NCBI GenBank assembly: GCA_039586795.1
Contig: JBDHJS010000012.1
Location: 1 to 64,000, forward strand
DNA length: 64,000 nucleotides
From: Gemmatimonadota bacterium
Lineage (GTDB): Bacteria > Gemmatimonadota > Gemmatimonadetes > Palauibacterales > KS3-K002
Direction of reading: 5' to 3'
Numbering within the stretch: position 1 is the stretch's first letter; each line of letters starts with the position of its first letter. This document shows positions 8,950 to 18,865 of this stretch, in pieces. The position numbers and the translations under genes are program-made. The notes below the pieces were generated by a model. It saw nothing but the letters and a program-made list of their open reading frames with translations, ran no database searches and was not told where the DNA came from.

Positions 8950-9780
8950 ATGAGCAGTGACACGAAGATCCATGAAGCGGTGCGTGAACGATATGCGGCG
9001 GCGGCGAAACAGGCCAGCGAGGCGCAGCAATCCAGTTGTTGCGGGCCCGTCGAGTCGAGCTGTTGCGGCGGTGAGGAGAAGACAGTAATCACGCGTGATC
9101 TTTATTCGGCTGAAGAACTGGCGCAGGTCACAGACACGGCGGCGTTGGCATCACTCGGTTGCGGCAACCCGACGGCGCTGGCACAGCTGAAGGAAGGAGA
9201 GGACGTGCTCGACCTGGGGTCGGGCGGGGGGATCGACGTCTTGCTTTCGGCGCAGCGTGTGGGTCCAACGGGCAAAGCGTACGGGCTGGACATGACGGAC
9301 GAGATGCTGGAGTTGGCCCGGCGTAATCAGCGGGAGCTGGGGATCGAGAACGCCGAGTTCTTCAAGGGGAACATCGAAAACGTGCCGCTACCCGACGAGA
9401 GCGTCGACGTGATTATCTCGAACTGCGTGATCAACTTGTCGCCGGACAAGGACAAGGTTCTTGAGGAAGCCTATCGGGTCCTGCGGCCGGGCGGCCGCTT
9501 CGCGGTGTCCGACATGGTCTTTCAGGGAGCGATTCCGGAGGAGATCCGAAAGAGCCTCGAGGCATGGAGCGGCTGCGTCGCCGGCGCCTTGCACGAAGAC
9601 GATTATCGGGCGAAACTCGCGGATGCCGGTTTCGTAGATATCGGTGTGGAGGTCACCCGGGTCTATGAGGATGAAGAGCTGCGACAGCTTGGCCGAGAGT
9701 TCGGAATCGAGGTCGAGGATGCCTGGCTGGAGAACGGTCGGTTCTGTTCGGCGTTCATTCGCGCCAGCCGACCGGCCTGA
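8950..9780 (+). CDS. arsM: Arsenite S-adenosylmethionine methyltransferase
   Basis: N-terminal CC pairs; SLGCGNP; LDLGSGGGIDV SAM motif; ISNCVINL; WSGCVAGA. Start moved to MSSDTK. Confidence 0.93.
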   Translation: MSSDTKIHEAVRERYAAAAKQASEAQQSSCCGPVESSCCGGEEKTVITRDLYSAEELAQVTDTAALASLGCGNPTALAQLKEGEDVLDLGSGGGIDVLLSAQRVGPTGKAYGLDMTDEMLELARRNQRELGIENAEFFKGNIENVPLPDESVDVIISNCVINLSPDKDKVLEEAYRVLRPGGRFAVSDMVFQGAIPEEIRKSLEAWSGCVAGALHEDDYRAKLADAGFVDIGVEVTRVYEDEELRQLGREFGIEVEDAWLENGRFCSAFIRASRPA

Positions 9781-9805
9781 GCCGAACGGCGCTGTCGCCG
9801 TTGAC

Positions 9806-9842
9806 AACCCGGGGCGACCGATGTTTGATCTCCCCGGGTTTT
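9806..9842 (+). terminator. Probable terminator after arsM
   Basis: aacccgggg ... ccccgggtt followed by tt. Confidence 0.5.
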
Positions 9843-9887
9843 CGCATCATGGCGCCGTACCACGACTTGACCTGAACTCGAGGGCGT

Positions 9888-11978
9888 TTGCATAACGATC
9901 GCAGTCTTGGGGCTTTCTTCTCTCTGACCGCACCGCGAACAGCATCTCTGCTCGCGGTTCTCGCGCTGTGGGCGACCGGCCCGGCACGGGGCCTGGCCCA
10001 GGAGCCGCGTGACACAGTCCAGCGAGATACCGTCCCCTTCGATACCATCTACAACATGGAGCCGATCAAGGTGCGCGTGGCCCGTCCCGTGGCCACGGCG
10101 GGCGGCGCGGCGGCGGTCACCACACCCCTCGACTCGCTGCGCACCATCCCGGCTCCGACGTTGGCCGACGTGCTCCGCCAGCTACCGCTGATCCAGATCC
10201 GTGAGAACTCTCGCGGAGAAGCCCAGCCGGCCATCCGGGGGATGGGGTCGCGCCGCGTGGCCGTCTTGGTGGACGGTGTCCCGATCACGTTGGGTTGGGA
10301 CAACCGGACCGATCTTTCGGTCGTGCCGGTCACCGCAGCACGGGAGATCACGCTGGTGCGGGGCCTGTCCTCGGTGTTGTACGGACCAAACGCGCTTGGC
10401 GGGGCCGTGCTGGTCGCGGTCGGCGAAGCTAACGGCAACGTTCCTCCGCCATCGCCGTTCCAGTTCAACGTCGGCGTCGATAACCTGGGTAACGCGGCGG
10501 CGGCACTCGGTCTGTCGACGATCATCCCGACTTCGTCCGGAGAGGTGACGTTGCGCGGCGGTGGCGGCTACCGAAACCGTTCGGCCTGGCCGCTGCCCGC
10601 CGACGTTCCGCCGGCCGACCCACAGCTATCGGAAAATCGGCTGAACAGCGACATGGAGCATGGCAACGCCTTCGTGTCGGCTCGTTACGAGGCGGAGAGC
10701 GGCCGCTGGTTGTCGCTCACGTCGTTCGGGTTCAAGGCCGAGCGAGGCGTACCGCCGGAGCGGCACACGGTCGATCCGCGGCTCTGGCGTTATCCGGATC
10801 AGTGGCGCTGGGTGACGGCGCTATCGGCGGGTACAGGTTGGCGACAGACGCCGTGGGGCGAAGGCGACCTGGAAGCGAGCGTCGGGCTCGATTTCGGCGA
10901 GACCTTCATCGATACGTACTCGGATATTGCCTACGATTCGGTAACGGGCGGCGAGTCGGGCGACGACCGGACCCTCTCCATCAGGATGTTGGGCGACCAC
11001 ACGCTGGGGATCGGGATTCTGCGCGGCGCGCTCACGGCGGCGGAAACGCGCCATGTCGAGGTCATCGATGATGCCAATCCGGAAACCTACAAGCAGTGGC
11101 TGTTCAGCCTCGGCCTCGAGGTCGACCAACCGCTGCTGCCCGATCTGGATGCTTCCCGCGCCCGGGTGAGCGTCGGAGTCAGCGTCGATGGCGCGGGAAC
11201 CCCGGTGACGGGACCGGCGGATCCCCGCGCCCCGATATGGACCTGGGGCGCTCGCGCGGGTGGGACGGTGGCGATCGGCGATGGATCGGTCGTGCTCAAC
11301 GGCGGGCTCAGCCGGCGCGTGCGATTTCCGGCGCTGCGCGAGCTGTATTCCGGCGCGTTGGGCCGTTTCGTCGTCAACCCGGAGCTCGATCCCGAGGTGC
11401 TGGGTGTGGCCGAACTGGGTGCGACCTACCGGGTGGGACGCTTCGGCGGACAGGCCGTGGCGTTCTATCAGCGGCTCACCGATGCGATCGTTCGTGTCTC
11501 CGTTGGCGATGGGAAGCTCCAGCGGCAGAATCGCGACAAGATCACGAGTCTCGGGCTGGAGCTGTTGATCGACGCGCTATTCGGGCCGTTGACCGTCGCG
11601 GCGGACGCCACGATCCAAAACGTCACCCTTACGGATCCGTCGGCGCCGGACGATCAGCGGAATCCGGAATACCAGCCGTGGTTCAACGGCGGAATCTTCG
11701 GAACGCTCCGGCTGCCCAGGGGGTTCTGGACGACCGCCAGCGTCCGGCACCAGGCGCCACGCTATTGCGTCCACCCCGACTTCGATTCGGAGGTGAAGCT
11801 CGCCTCGAATACCTGGTTCGATCTGGAGTTGGGAAAGAGCTTCGGTTTGGGCGGCTCCGGAAGACGTCGACTCGATGCGGTCGTCGCTTTCGATAACCTG
11901 TCCGACTCTTCCGTGTTTGATCAGTGCGGCCTACCGCGGCCGGGTCGACTGGTCCGCTTCCAGATGCAGATCTTCTAA
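9888..11978 (+). CDS. TonB-dependent receptor
   Basis: Plug domain (IRGMGSRRVAVLVDGVP, GLSSVLYGPNALGG); NPELDPE; C-terminal PGR..RFQMQIF. Start codon uncertain. Confidence 0.9.
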   Translation: MHNDRSLGAFFSLTAPRTASLLAVLALWATGPARGLAQEPRDTVQRDTVPFDTIYNMEPIKVRVARPVATAGGAAAVTTPLDSLRTIPAPTLADVLRQLPLIQIRENSRGEAQPAIRGMGSRRVAVLVDGVPITLGWDNRTDLSVVPVTAAREITLVRGLSSVLYGPNALGGAVLVAVGEANGNVPPPSPFQFNVGVDNLGNAAAALGLSTIIPTSSGEVTLRGGGGYRNRSAWPLPADVPPADPQLSENRLNSDMEHGNAFVSARYEAESGRWLSLTSFGFKAERGVPPERHTVDPRLWRYPDQWRWVTALSAGTGWRQTPWGEGDLEASVGLDFGETFIDTYSDIAYDSVTGGESGDDRTLSIRMLGDHTLGIGILRGALTAAETRHVEVIDDANPETYKQWLFSLGLEVDQPLLPDLDASRARVSVGVSVDGAGTPVTGPADPRAPIWTWGARAGGTVAIGDGSVVLNGGLSRRVRFPALRELYSGALGRFVVNPELDPEVLGVAELGATYRVGRFGGQAVAFYQRLTDAIVRVSVGDGKLQRQNRDKITSLGLELLIDALFGPLTVAADATIQNVTLTDPSAPDDQRNPEYQPWFNGGIFGTLRLPRGFWTTASVRHQAPRYCVHPDFDSEVKLASNTWFDLELGKSFGLGGSGRRRLDAVVAFDNLSDSSVFDQCGLPRPGRLVRFQMQIF

Positions 11979-12081
11979 GACTCCTCAAAGCAACCGGAAC
12001 AAGCCACGGCCTGAGGTGTTAGCAGTAGCCTGTCCGGATCCCTGGGCCCCAAAAGTAATCCTCGAGCGAAAGGAACTCTGG

Positions 12082-13236
12082 ATGGATCGACGTAGCGTGG
12101 GATATTTGACTGTTCTGTTGAGCGCTATCGCGATATCGGGATGCTCGGAGGATTCCACGGAGCCGATCGTGCCAGTCACGGGGCTGGCGGCGGAAGTCGT
12201 GGTGGGCGGTTTCAGCAACCCCGCCTTCTTGGCGACGCCGCCGGGTGATTCGCGCCTATTCGTCAGCGACCTGGACGGCAGGGTCTGGATCATCGAGAAT
12301 GGTGAGCGACTTGCTACTCCGTTCCTCGACATCAGCGATGATGTTCGTAGTGGCGGCGAACAGGGCCTATTGGGCTTTGCCTTTCACCCCGACTACAACA
12401 CCAACGGTTACTTCTACGTCAGTTACTCGGTAGAGCCTGACGGCGATACGCAGATCGAGCGATACAGCGTGAGCGGTGACCCGAACGTCGCCCAACCCAA
12501 TCCCGACCGAGTGATCTTCACGCTGGATCAGCCGTCCTCCAACCACAACGGCGGCCAGATCACATTCGGGCCGGACGGCATGTTCTATATCGCGCTGGGC
12601 GATGGAGGTGGTGGCGGCGACCCGGGCGGAAATGGGCAAAACCCGAACACGCTTCTCGGCTCGCTGCTGCGGATCGATGTCGACGGAGGTAACCCTTACT
12701 CCGTGCCAGCGAACAATCCGTTCGTCGGATCGGCGGGCATGGACGAGATCTGGGCGTACGGGCTTCGTAACCCGTGGCGCTTTTCGTTCGACCGGGTGGA
12801 CGGATACATCTATATAGCGGACGTCGGTCAGAACACGTGGGAGGAAGTGAACGCGGTGGCGTCGTCGACTGGTGGAATCAACTACGGTTGGAACACCATG
12901 GAGGGCATGCACTGCTTTGGTGCCGGCACCTGCGACATGTCGGGCCTGACGTTGCCGGTCTTGGAGTACGATCACCTTGATGGGTGTTCCGTAACCGGAG
13001 GCTATGTGTATCGTGGCGCCGCAATGCTCGCGCTGCAGGGCCACTACTTCTATTCGGACTGGTGCGCCGGCTTTTTGAGGAGTTTCAGGCTGGCTGGCGC
13101 GGCAGCGACCGATCAGCGTGAGTGGGATGTCGGGGATATCGGTCGGGTGCTCTCGTTTGGCGAGGATGATGACGGCGAGCTGTATGTTCTCTCCGGAAAC
13201 GGCAACGTGTATCGAATCGTTGCGGACGAGTCGTGA
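12082..13236 (+). CDS. PQQ-dependent glucose/sorbosone dehydrogenase-family lipoprotein
   Basis: Lipobox ISGC; GEQGLLGFAFHPDY; NHNGGQITFGPDG; EIWAYGLRNPWRFSFD; SFGED. Confidence 0.9.
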   Translation: MDRRSVGYLTVLLSAIAISGCSEDSTEPIVPVTGLAAEVVVGGFSNPAFLATPPGDSRLFVSDLDGRVWIIENGERLATPFLDISDDVRSGGEQGLLGFAFHPDYNTNGYFYVSYSVEPDGDTQIERYSVSGDPNVAQPNPDRVIFTLDQPSSNHNGGQITFGPDGMFYIALGDGGGGGDPGGNGQNPNTLLGSLLRIDVDGGNPYSVPANNPFVGSAGMDEIWAYGLRNPWRFSFDRVDGYIYIADVGQNTWEEVNAVASSTGGINYGWNTMEGMHCFGAGTCDMSGLTLPVLEYDHLDGCSVTGGYVYRGAAMLALQGHYFYSDWCAGFLRSFRLAGAAATDQREWDVGDIGRVLSFGEDDDGELYVLSGNGNVYRIVADES

Positions 13237-13263
13237 GCGATACGGTACCGTACCCGCCACAAG

Positions 13264-13292
13264 AAAAGGGCCGGCGTGTGGCGGCCCTTTTT
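13264..13292. terminator. Bidirectional intrinsic terminator
   Basis: aaaagggccg-N8-cggccctttt(t) between convergent genes. Confidence 0.8.
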
Positions 13293-13312
13293 GTTCGTCT
13301 CTTCGAGGTGTT

Positions 13313-13981
13313 CTAGAGTCTCTGGACGTATCCGATGAGGATCTGGATCACTCGGTTTCTTATTTCAGGCGCGGCGGGCGTGTCGTTGATGTTGCCGAGG
13401 CCCAGGTCGTATACGAAGTCGATAGAAAATCCGCTGTTGCCTCTCATCAAGTCGAGACCGAGGCCGATCGTCAGGCCATAGTCAATACTCGCCGTCTGGG
13501 GTGCTATACCTGTTTCGGCACCTTCTTCGCAAGTCGATGTCTCAACTCCCGTCGGGTCCTCGAGCGTGACATCGCAGCCAAGCTCGTAGGCGATGTAGGG
13601 ACCGATGTACGCCCGAGGTGCGAGGTTCTCATTGGCCAGGGGCGGCATCAGTACAGCCGGAACCTGCAGCTCGACGTACGGGATCTTTATTTTCCGCGTG
13701 AATGCGCCCTGGGTGCTCGTTCCTTCGTCCTTCGCCCCCTTCTGCGTGTAGGAGACGATCGCGTGGACGGCCCACTGCGGGTGGAACCTGTAGCCAGCGA
13801 GGGCGCCCGCGGCGAATCCTGTCCGTGCATCGAAGTCCACGCCTGGAAAATCGATGTCGGCTAGGTTGAGGCCACCGCGGATACCTGCCAACCAGCCCTT
13901 CTCCGGCTCTTGTGCCAATCCCTGGTGTGCCATGATCAGGCCGACGAGGATCGCAACGCCAAGTGCACTAATACGTTTCAT
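13313..13981 (-). CDS. Outer-membrane beta-barrel (porin/PorT-like family) protein
   Basis: Signal peptide; GIRGGLNLA; YTQKG; YVELQVP; YIGPY; YDLGLGNI. Confidence 0.75.
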   Translation of the reverse strand: MKRISALGVAILVGLIMAHQGLAQEPEKGWLAGIRGGLNLADIDFPGVDFDARTGFAAGALAGYRFHPQWAVHAIVSYTQKGAKDEGTSTQGAFTRKIKIPYVELQVPAVLMPPLANENLAPRAYIGPYIAYELGCDVTLEDPTGVETSTCEEGAETGIAPQTASIDYGLTIGLGLDLMRGNSGFSIDFVYDLGLGNINDTPAAPEIRNRVIQILIGYVQRL

Positions 13982-14083
13982 AGATGGGAACTCCCGATTA
14001 GGTGCCGTGGGCGATAATGGGAGTCGCCGCGTGGCCAGTCAAGAGCGGGCGGTGCCGAAATGGCAGGGGGTACTCAGTTACGT

Positions 14084-15328
14084 CTACTCGTATCGCAGAG
14101 ACTCTACGGGATCGAGCTTGGCGGCACGGCGCGCCGGTAGTACGCCGGCGATCAAGCCGATAGCGATCAACACGCCCACGCAGATAAGGGCGATGGGAAT
14201 CGACAGCTTGGGATTGGCCAGGTAGACCGCGGCGCCGTCCTCTGCCGGCAGACTGTCGACGAAGAGCACCACCGCGCTCGAGAATCCGAGTCCGATCCCG
14301 CCGCCGATCAGCGTCAGCGCCAACGCCTCGAACACGAACTGGCTCATGATGTGATGTCGCTTGGCGCCAATGGCGAGCTTGATGCCGATTTCCTTTGTGC
14401 GCTCCCTGACGACCACGTACATGATGTTGGCGACACCGACGCCGGCCACCAGCAGCGTGAAGGCGCCGACCAGCCCCAAAAAGATCTCGATGCCCAACGC
14501 GATCTGGTTGCTCAGCTTCTCGTCTTCGATGAAATCCCACATCGGCAGGGCACGCTCGTCCTCCGGGTCGAACTTGTAGCGGGCGCCGAGCACGCGGTTG
14601 AGCTCCGCTTTCACATACTCTGCCCGGCCAGGGTCACGCGGCCGCAGCAGCAAGTGATTGACGTAGCGGTAGCCGTAGATGCTCTTGAAGGTCGATGCGG
14701 GAATGATCGCTCGTCGTGAGTCGGGGCCGTTATTCATGCTGTCCTGGAACTTGCTCTGCATCACCCCGATGACGGTGTAAGGCAAGTCGTCGAGCATGAT
14801 GGTCTTGCCGACGGGCTCTTCGGTCCCGAACAGCTCCTCGGCGATCTCGTCGCCCAGGAAGAGCACGCGGCGTCGCTCGTCGAGGTCGCGCTGGTTGATG
14901 AAGCGGCTGCCGGCGTCCGGGAACGTGCGGCGCATATCCTCGAATGCCGGGTATACGCCCTCCATGTAGGTGGTCGTCTTGTTGTCGCCGTATTCCAACG
15001 TGACACCCCAACGGCCGTAGGAGGGGCTGACCAGGTCGATCTCTTCGATGGAGCGCTGGATGAGGTCGAGGTCTTCCTCGGAGAGTCGGATGCGGCGCCC
15101 CCTCGGCAAACCTTCGAACTCTCGGGACGTCGTACCGCCATAGACCATGAAGATGCGCTCGCCGGCGTTGAGCAACCCCTTAACGATCGAATGGCGAAGT
15201 CCTTCCCCGAATGCCAGAAGCAGCACGACGGCGATCGTACCCCAGGTGATGGCGAATGTGGTGAGCAGTACACGAGTCTTCTGCTCTTTCAGGTCGCCCA
15301 AAAATTCACCCAGAAGTATCCGCCACAT
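14084..15328 (-). CDS. MacB/FtsX-type ABC transporter permease
   Basis: One TM, a large periplasmic domain, then three TMs; GVGVANIMYVVVRERTKEIGIKLAIGA; PARRAAKLDPVESLRYE. Confidence 0.92.
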   Translation of the reverse strand: MWRILLGEFLGDLKEQKTRVLLTTFAITWGTIAVVLLLAFGEGLRHSIVKGLLNAGERIFMVYGGTTSREFEGLPRGRRIRLSEEDLDLIQRSIEEIDLVSPSYGRWGVTLEYGDNKTTTYMEGVYPAFEDMRRTFPDAGSRFINQRDLDERRRVLFLGDEIAEELFGTEEPVGKTIMLDDLPYTVIGVMQSKFQDSMNNGPDSRRAIIPASTFKSIYGYRYVNHLLLRPRDPGRAEYVKAELNRVLGARYKFDPEDERALPMWDFIEDEKLSNQIALGIEIFLGLVGAFTLLVAGVGVANIMYVVVRERTKEIGIKLAIGAKRHHIMSQFVFEALALTLIGGGIGLGFSSAVVLFVDSLPAEDGAAVYLANPKLSIPIALICVGVLIAIGLIAGVLPARRAAKLDPVESLRYE

Positions 15329-15364
15329 ATGTTACCGTCTACCGTTTAAAGCCTACTGCTCCAC

Positions 15365-16597
15365 CTAGTACCTCAGGCACTCCACAGGATCCAGATTCGC
15401 CGCACGGCGTGCTGGGAAGAAGCCGGCAAACAGCGCTACCAGAGTCAGGAGCGTTACGGTCGCGATCGCGACCACCGGCGAGATGGTCGGCACGCCGATG
15501 AACTCGCGGAGCGGCATCCACTGGCCCAGCTTCACGAGGCCCCACGAGATGAGGAAACCAAGAAACGCCCCCGTCCCCACCACCACGAACGTCTGGCCGA
15601 GGAACTGGAGCATGATGTCTTTCTTGCGGGCTCCGATCGAGCGGCGGACGCCGATCTCCTTGGTCCGCTCGCGAACGACGATGTACATGATATTGGCGAC
15701 GCCGATGCCGCCCACAGTGAGCGTGAAGGCGCCGACGATGCCAAGAAAGATGTTCATGCCCAGGAAGATCGCGGTCAGAATCTCCTCGAACTCGCTGGTG
15801 TCCCATTCCCAGATCGCGTCTTCGTCGGTCGGGTCGAAGCGATACTTGCGGCCCAACACCTCGTTGACGCGGCGCTCGACGGGCTCGATCACCGCCGGAC
15901 TGCTGGTCCTGTAGATAATGTTGTTTATGTAGCGGTCGCCGAAGATCGCCCGGTAGGTGCTGGATGGGATGAAGATGCGGTCCCGATCACGCGAGTTGTA
16001 CGATGAGTTCTGCTGCTTCTCCTTCAAGACCCCGATCACAATGAACGGCACATCGCCGACGAAGACGACCTTGCCGATCGCCTCTTCGTCCTCGAACAGG
16101 AGGTTGCGGAGCTCGTTGCCCAGGAAGGCGACGCGCCGTCGCTCATCGATATCCGCTTGAGTGATGAAACGCCCGCCCCAGTCGGCGATCACGTTCCGCA
16201 TGTCGCTATAGATGGGGTAAACACCCGTGATGTTGGGGAAAGCGCTGGCGCGGCCGCGACGCACGGGCACGCGGCGCGTGCTGTACTCCGGGCTGATCTC
16301 TACGATGTCCGGGATCTCCTGCTGAAGCAGGTGGACATCTTCTTCCTGGAACCGAATCCAGCGCCCTTCCGGAAAACCGGCGAAGGACTTGGTCGTTCGA
16401 TTCCCGAACAGGATGACGATACGCTCACCCAGCCCATGCATCCGTTTCCGCGTCTGCTTCTCCATCCCCACACCAAACGCCAGCAAGACGACAACCGCCA
16501 CGGTACCCCAGGTGATCCCCATGATCGTCAACAACGTCCGCAACCGCTGGGTCCGGATGTCGTTGAAGAAGTCCTTGAAGCTCCCGAATACTCTCAT
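15365..16597 (-). CDS. MacB/FtsX-type ABC transporter permease (paralogue)
   Basis: GGIGVANIMYIVVRERTKEIGVRRSIGA; PARRAANLDPVECLRY. Confidence 0.92.
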   Translation of the reverse strand: MRVFGSFKDFFNDIRTQRLRTLLTIMGITWGTVAVVVLLAFGVGMEKQTRKRMHGLGERIVILFGNRTTKSFAGFPEGRWIRFQEEDVHLLQQEIPDIVEISPEYSTRRVPVRRGRASAFPNITGVYPIYSDMRNVIADWGGRFITQADIDERRRVAFLGNELRNLLFEDEEAIGKVVFVGDVPFIVIGVLKEKQQNSSYNSRDRDRIFIPSSTYRAIFGDRYINNIIYRTSSPAVIEPVERRVNEVLGRKYRFDPTDEDAIWEWDTSEFEEILTAIFLGMNIFLGIVGAFTLTVGGIGVANIMYIVVRERTKEIGVRRSIGARKKDIMLQFLGQTFVVVGTGAFLGFLISWGLVKLGQWMPLREFIGVPTISPVVAIATVTLLTLVALFAGFFPARRAANLDPVECLRY

Positions 16598-16614
16598 GGA
16601 TTCACCGTGGCATC

Positions 16615-16642
16615 ACCGTCTACCGTCTACCGTCTACCGTCT
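16615..16642 (+). repeat. (ACCGTCT)x4 tandem heptamer
   Basis: accgtct four times in the spacer between adaptor and permease; a degenerate version lies at 15334-15361. Confidence 0.85.
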
Positions 16643-17732
16643 ACTCTATCTCCCGCGGCGGCGGCTCCACGATCTTGTCACCCTCCGCTAGGCCCTCGAT
16701 TACCTCGATGTTGATCGCATCGCTGAGGCCGGTCTTGATGATCCGCTCCTCCTGCGTTCCGTCTTCCAGCAGTAGCGTGACCTTGCTCGTGTCGCCGCTC
16801 ACCGTCACTAGTCGCTCGGGGATCATCAGGACGTCTGAGCGCCGGTCGATGATCACGTCTGCGTTAGCCGAATAGCCGGCGCGCAGCGTGACGTCGGATT
16901 CGTCCAGGGTGATTTCGATCGGAAAGACCGTCGAGTTGTCCTCGTTGCGAGCCTTGAGGGAGATCTTGTAGAGCGTTCCGGTGACGTTGGCGGTGGGCAG
17001 CGCGCCGATCTTGATCTCGACGTTCATGCCTTCGCTCAAGCGGCCGACGTCGATCTCATCCACCGTGCCCCGGAAGATGAGCGAGCTCATCTCCGCCATC
17101 GTCATGATCACCGTACCCTCTTGGTACGGGTTGAGCGGGACGACCGGGTCGCCGATCTCCACGTTCTTCTCGAGGATGAATCCGTCGATGGGCGACTTGA
17201 CGATCGCGTCGACGCTCTGGTCGGCCATGGTGACCTTTCCCTCCTCGAGTAGCGCCAACCGCTCGCCCGCTAGCTTGACGTTCAGCTCCGCCTCGCTGAA
17301 AGCACGCTGCGCCAGCTCGTACTCGTTGTCGGAGATCAGGCCCTGCTCCAGAAGGCTGCGTTTCCGGTCGAGTTCTCTTTGCTGATTATCGAGCTCGAGT
17401 TGCCGAAGCTCCAGCTGCCGTCGCGTCTCCACCAGCTCCAGCGGCGTCGGCGTGGGCTTGATCTCCAGGAGCGGAGCACCGGCCCGTACGAATTCACCCA
17501 CGTCGGCGAACTCCTGGCTCACCACGCCGGAGATCTTCGATTTCACGCTGATCTCGATCTCGGGCTCGACCCGCCCAACGGCAAGGGCCTTGTCGACGAT
17601 CTCGCCGCGCTCGACCTCAAAGGTTCGCACTTCCTCGTTATCGCCGTTGCGGTTGTTGACGGCGGCAAAACCGACACCGCCGACAGCCAGAACGCCTATG
17701 ACGCCGAGGATCACCTTGGTCCGTCGTTTCAT
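16641..17732 (-). CDS. Efflux periplasmic adaptor (MacA/HlyD-type membrane fusion protein)
   Basis: N-terminal TM; VKSKISGVV lipoyl-like half motif; coiled coil; SPIDGFI; VDEIDVGRL; TGLSD. Confidence 0.92.
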   Translation of the reverse strand: MKRRTKVILGVIGVLAVGGVGFAAVNNRNGDNEEVRTFEVERGEIVDKALAVGRVEPEIEISVKSKISGVVSQEFADVGEFVRAGAPLLEIKPTPTPLELVETRRQLELRQLELDNQQRELDRKRSLLEQGLISDNEYELAQRAFSEAELNVKLAGERLALLEEGKVTMADQSVDAIVKSPIDGFILEKNVEIGDPVVPLNPYQEGTVIMTMAEMSSLIFRGTVDEIDVGRLSEGMNVEIKIGALPTANVTGTLYKISLKARNEDNSTVFPIEITLDESDVTLRAGYSANADVIIDRRSDVLMIPERLVTVSGDTSKVTLLLEDGTQEERIIKTGLSDAINIEVIEGLAEGDKIVEPPPREIE

Positions 17733-17884
17733 GGTGCTGCTCCGTCTAAACTGTCCCGTCTTCTGGACCGGTTCATTTGTTTGTGGGCTGCCCGCTGTGT
17801 CCCCTGAACCCGCAGTATCTGTGGCTCTTCTCCCAGTAGGACAGCTGAACTCGAGCCGCGGTTGCTAGGGGGTCTAGATCTCAC

Positions 17885-17910
17885 TACGAGGGCCGAAACC
17901 CTGTGTTTCA
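17885..17910 (-). promoter_or_regulatory. ECF sigma (SigW-like) promoter for the efflux operon
   Basis: Minus strand reads TGAAAC-acagggtttcggccct(16)-CGTA, matching the Bacillus subtilis SigW consensus TGAAAC-N16-CGTA. Confidence 0.6.
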
Positions 17911-17956
17911 GGCGGGGTTCCGGCGGATCTGTGGTGGTCGGATCAGCGCGAGCGGC

Positions 17957-18748
17957 CTATAGGAGGCCTCTCACGTAACCTCCATCGATCTGAATCGTCG
18001 TTCCGTTGACGTAAGCGGCGCGCTCCGAGGCGAGAAACGCCACCAGGTCGCCCAGCTCTTTTGGATCTCCCATGCGGCCAGCCGGGATATTGGCCACCAT
18101 ACTCTCCATCACCGCCTCTACACTCGAGCCGGCCTCCTTGGCGCGGTGCTCCGCCAGCTGGGTGACGCGGTCCGTGGCCATGTAGCCGGGGCAGATCACG
18201 TTGACGGTGATGCCGTCCTGGGCAAACTCGTCGGCGATCGTCTTCGCGTAGCCGACGACGCCGGGACGCACAGTGTTGGACAGGACCATGCCAGGCAACG
18301 GTGACTTTACCGAGACTGAAGTGATGCAGACGATCCGGCCCCAACCGCTTCTCCGCATGTAGGGTATCGCTGCCTGCGCCATTCGAACCGTGCTCAGCAG
18401 GTTCAACTCCAGCGCCTCGCTCCACGCGTCCGGCGGGGTCTTCGAGCTGATCGTCGCTGGTGGGCCGCCGGCGTTGGCCACCAGGATGTCGATCTTGCCC
18501 AGGTGTTTGACCGTGTTCTGGACGAAATCCTCGGGGCCCGACGAGGTGGCCAGGTCGCAGGCGAAGGGTAAGACCTGCCGACCGGACGCCCGGTTGATGG
18601 CCTGCGCGGTGCGCTCCAGCCGCTCGGAATCACGGGCGCAGATCGCCACACGGGCGCCTTCACGAGCCAACGACCAGGCGACGGCTTTCCCGAGTCCCGT
18701 GCTCGCACCGCCAACCGCCGCGACTTTGCCTTCGATGCCCAGATCCAT
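17957..18748 (-). CDS. SDR-family oxidoreductase (FabG-like)
   Basis: GASTGLG Rossmann motif; DILVANAGGPP; SNTVR; GITVNVICPG; IDGG. Start MDLGIEGK follows GGAGG. Confidence 0.9.
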   Translation of the reverse strand: MDLGIEGKVAAVGGASTGLGKAVAWSLAREGARVAICARDSERLERTAQAINRASGRQVLPFACDLATSSGPEDFVQNTVKHLGKIDILVANAGGPPATISSKTPPDAWSEALELNLLSTVRMAQAAIPYMRRSGWGRIVCITSVSVKSPLPGMVLSNTVRPGVVGYAKTIADEFAQDGITVNVICPGYMATDRVTQLAEHRAKEAGSSVEAVMESMVANIPAGRMGDPKELGDLVAFLASERAAYVNGTTIQIDGGYVRGLL

Positions 18749-18865
18749 GATCACGCCTCCACAAACCGGTAGGTCCGCCGGCACGTTCGTTCGCTTTGTT
18801 GTCTGCTGGTAGTCCGCGAAGCTAGGGGCGTGCGACGGACGCGCAAGACCGTCTTCGCCGTCCAG

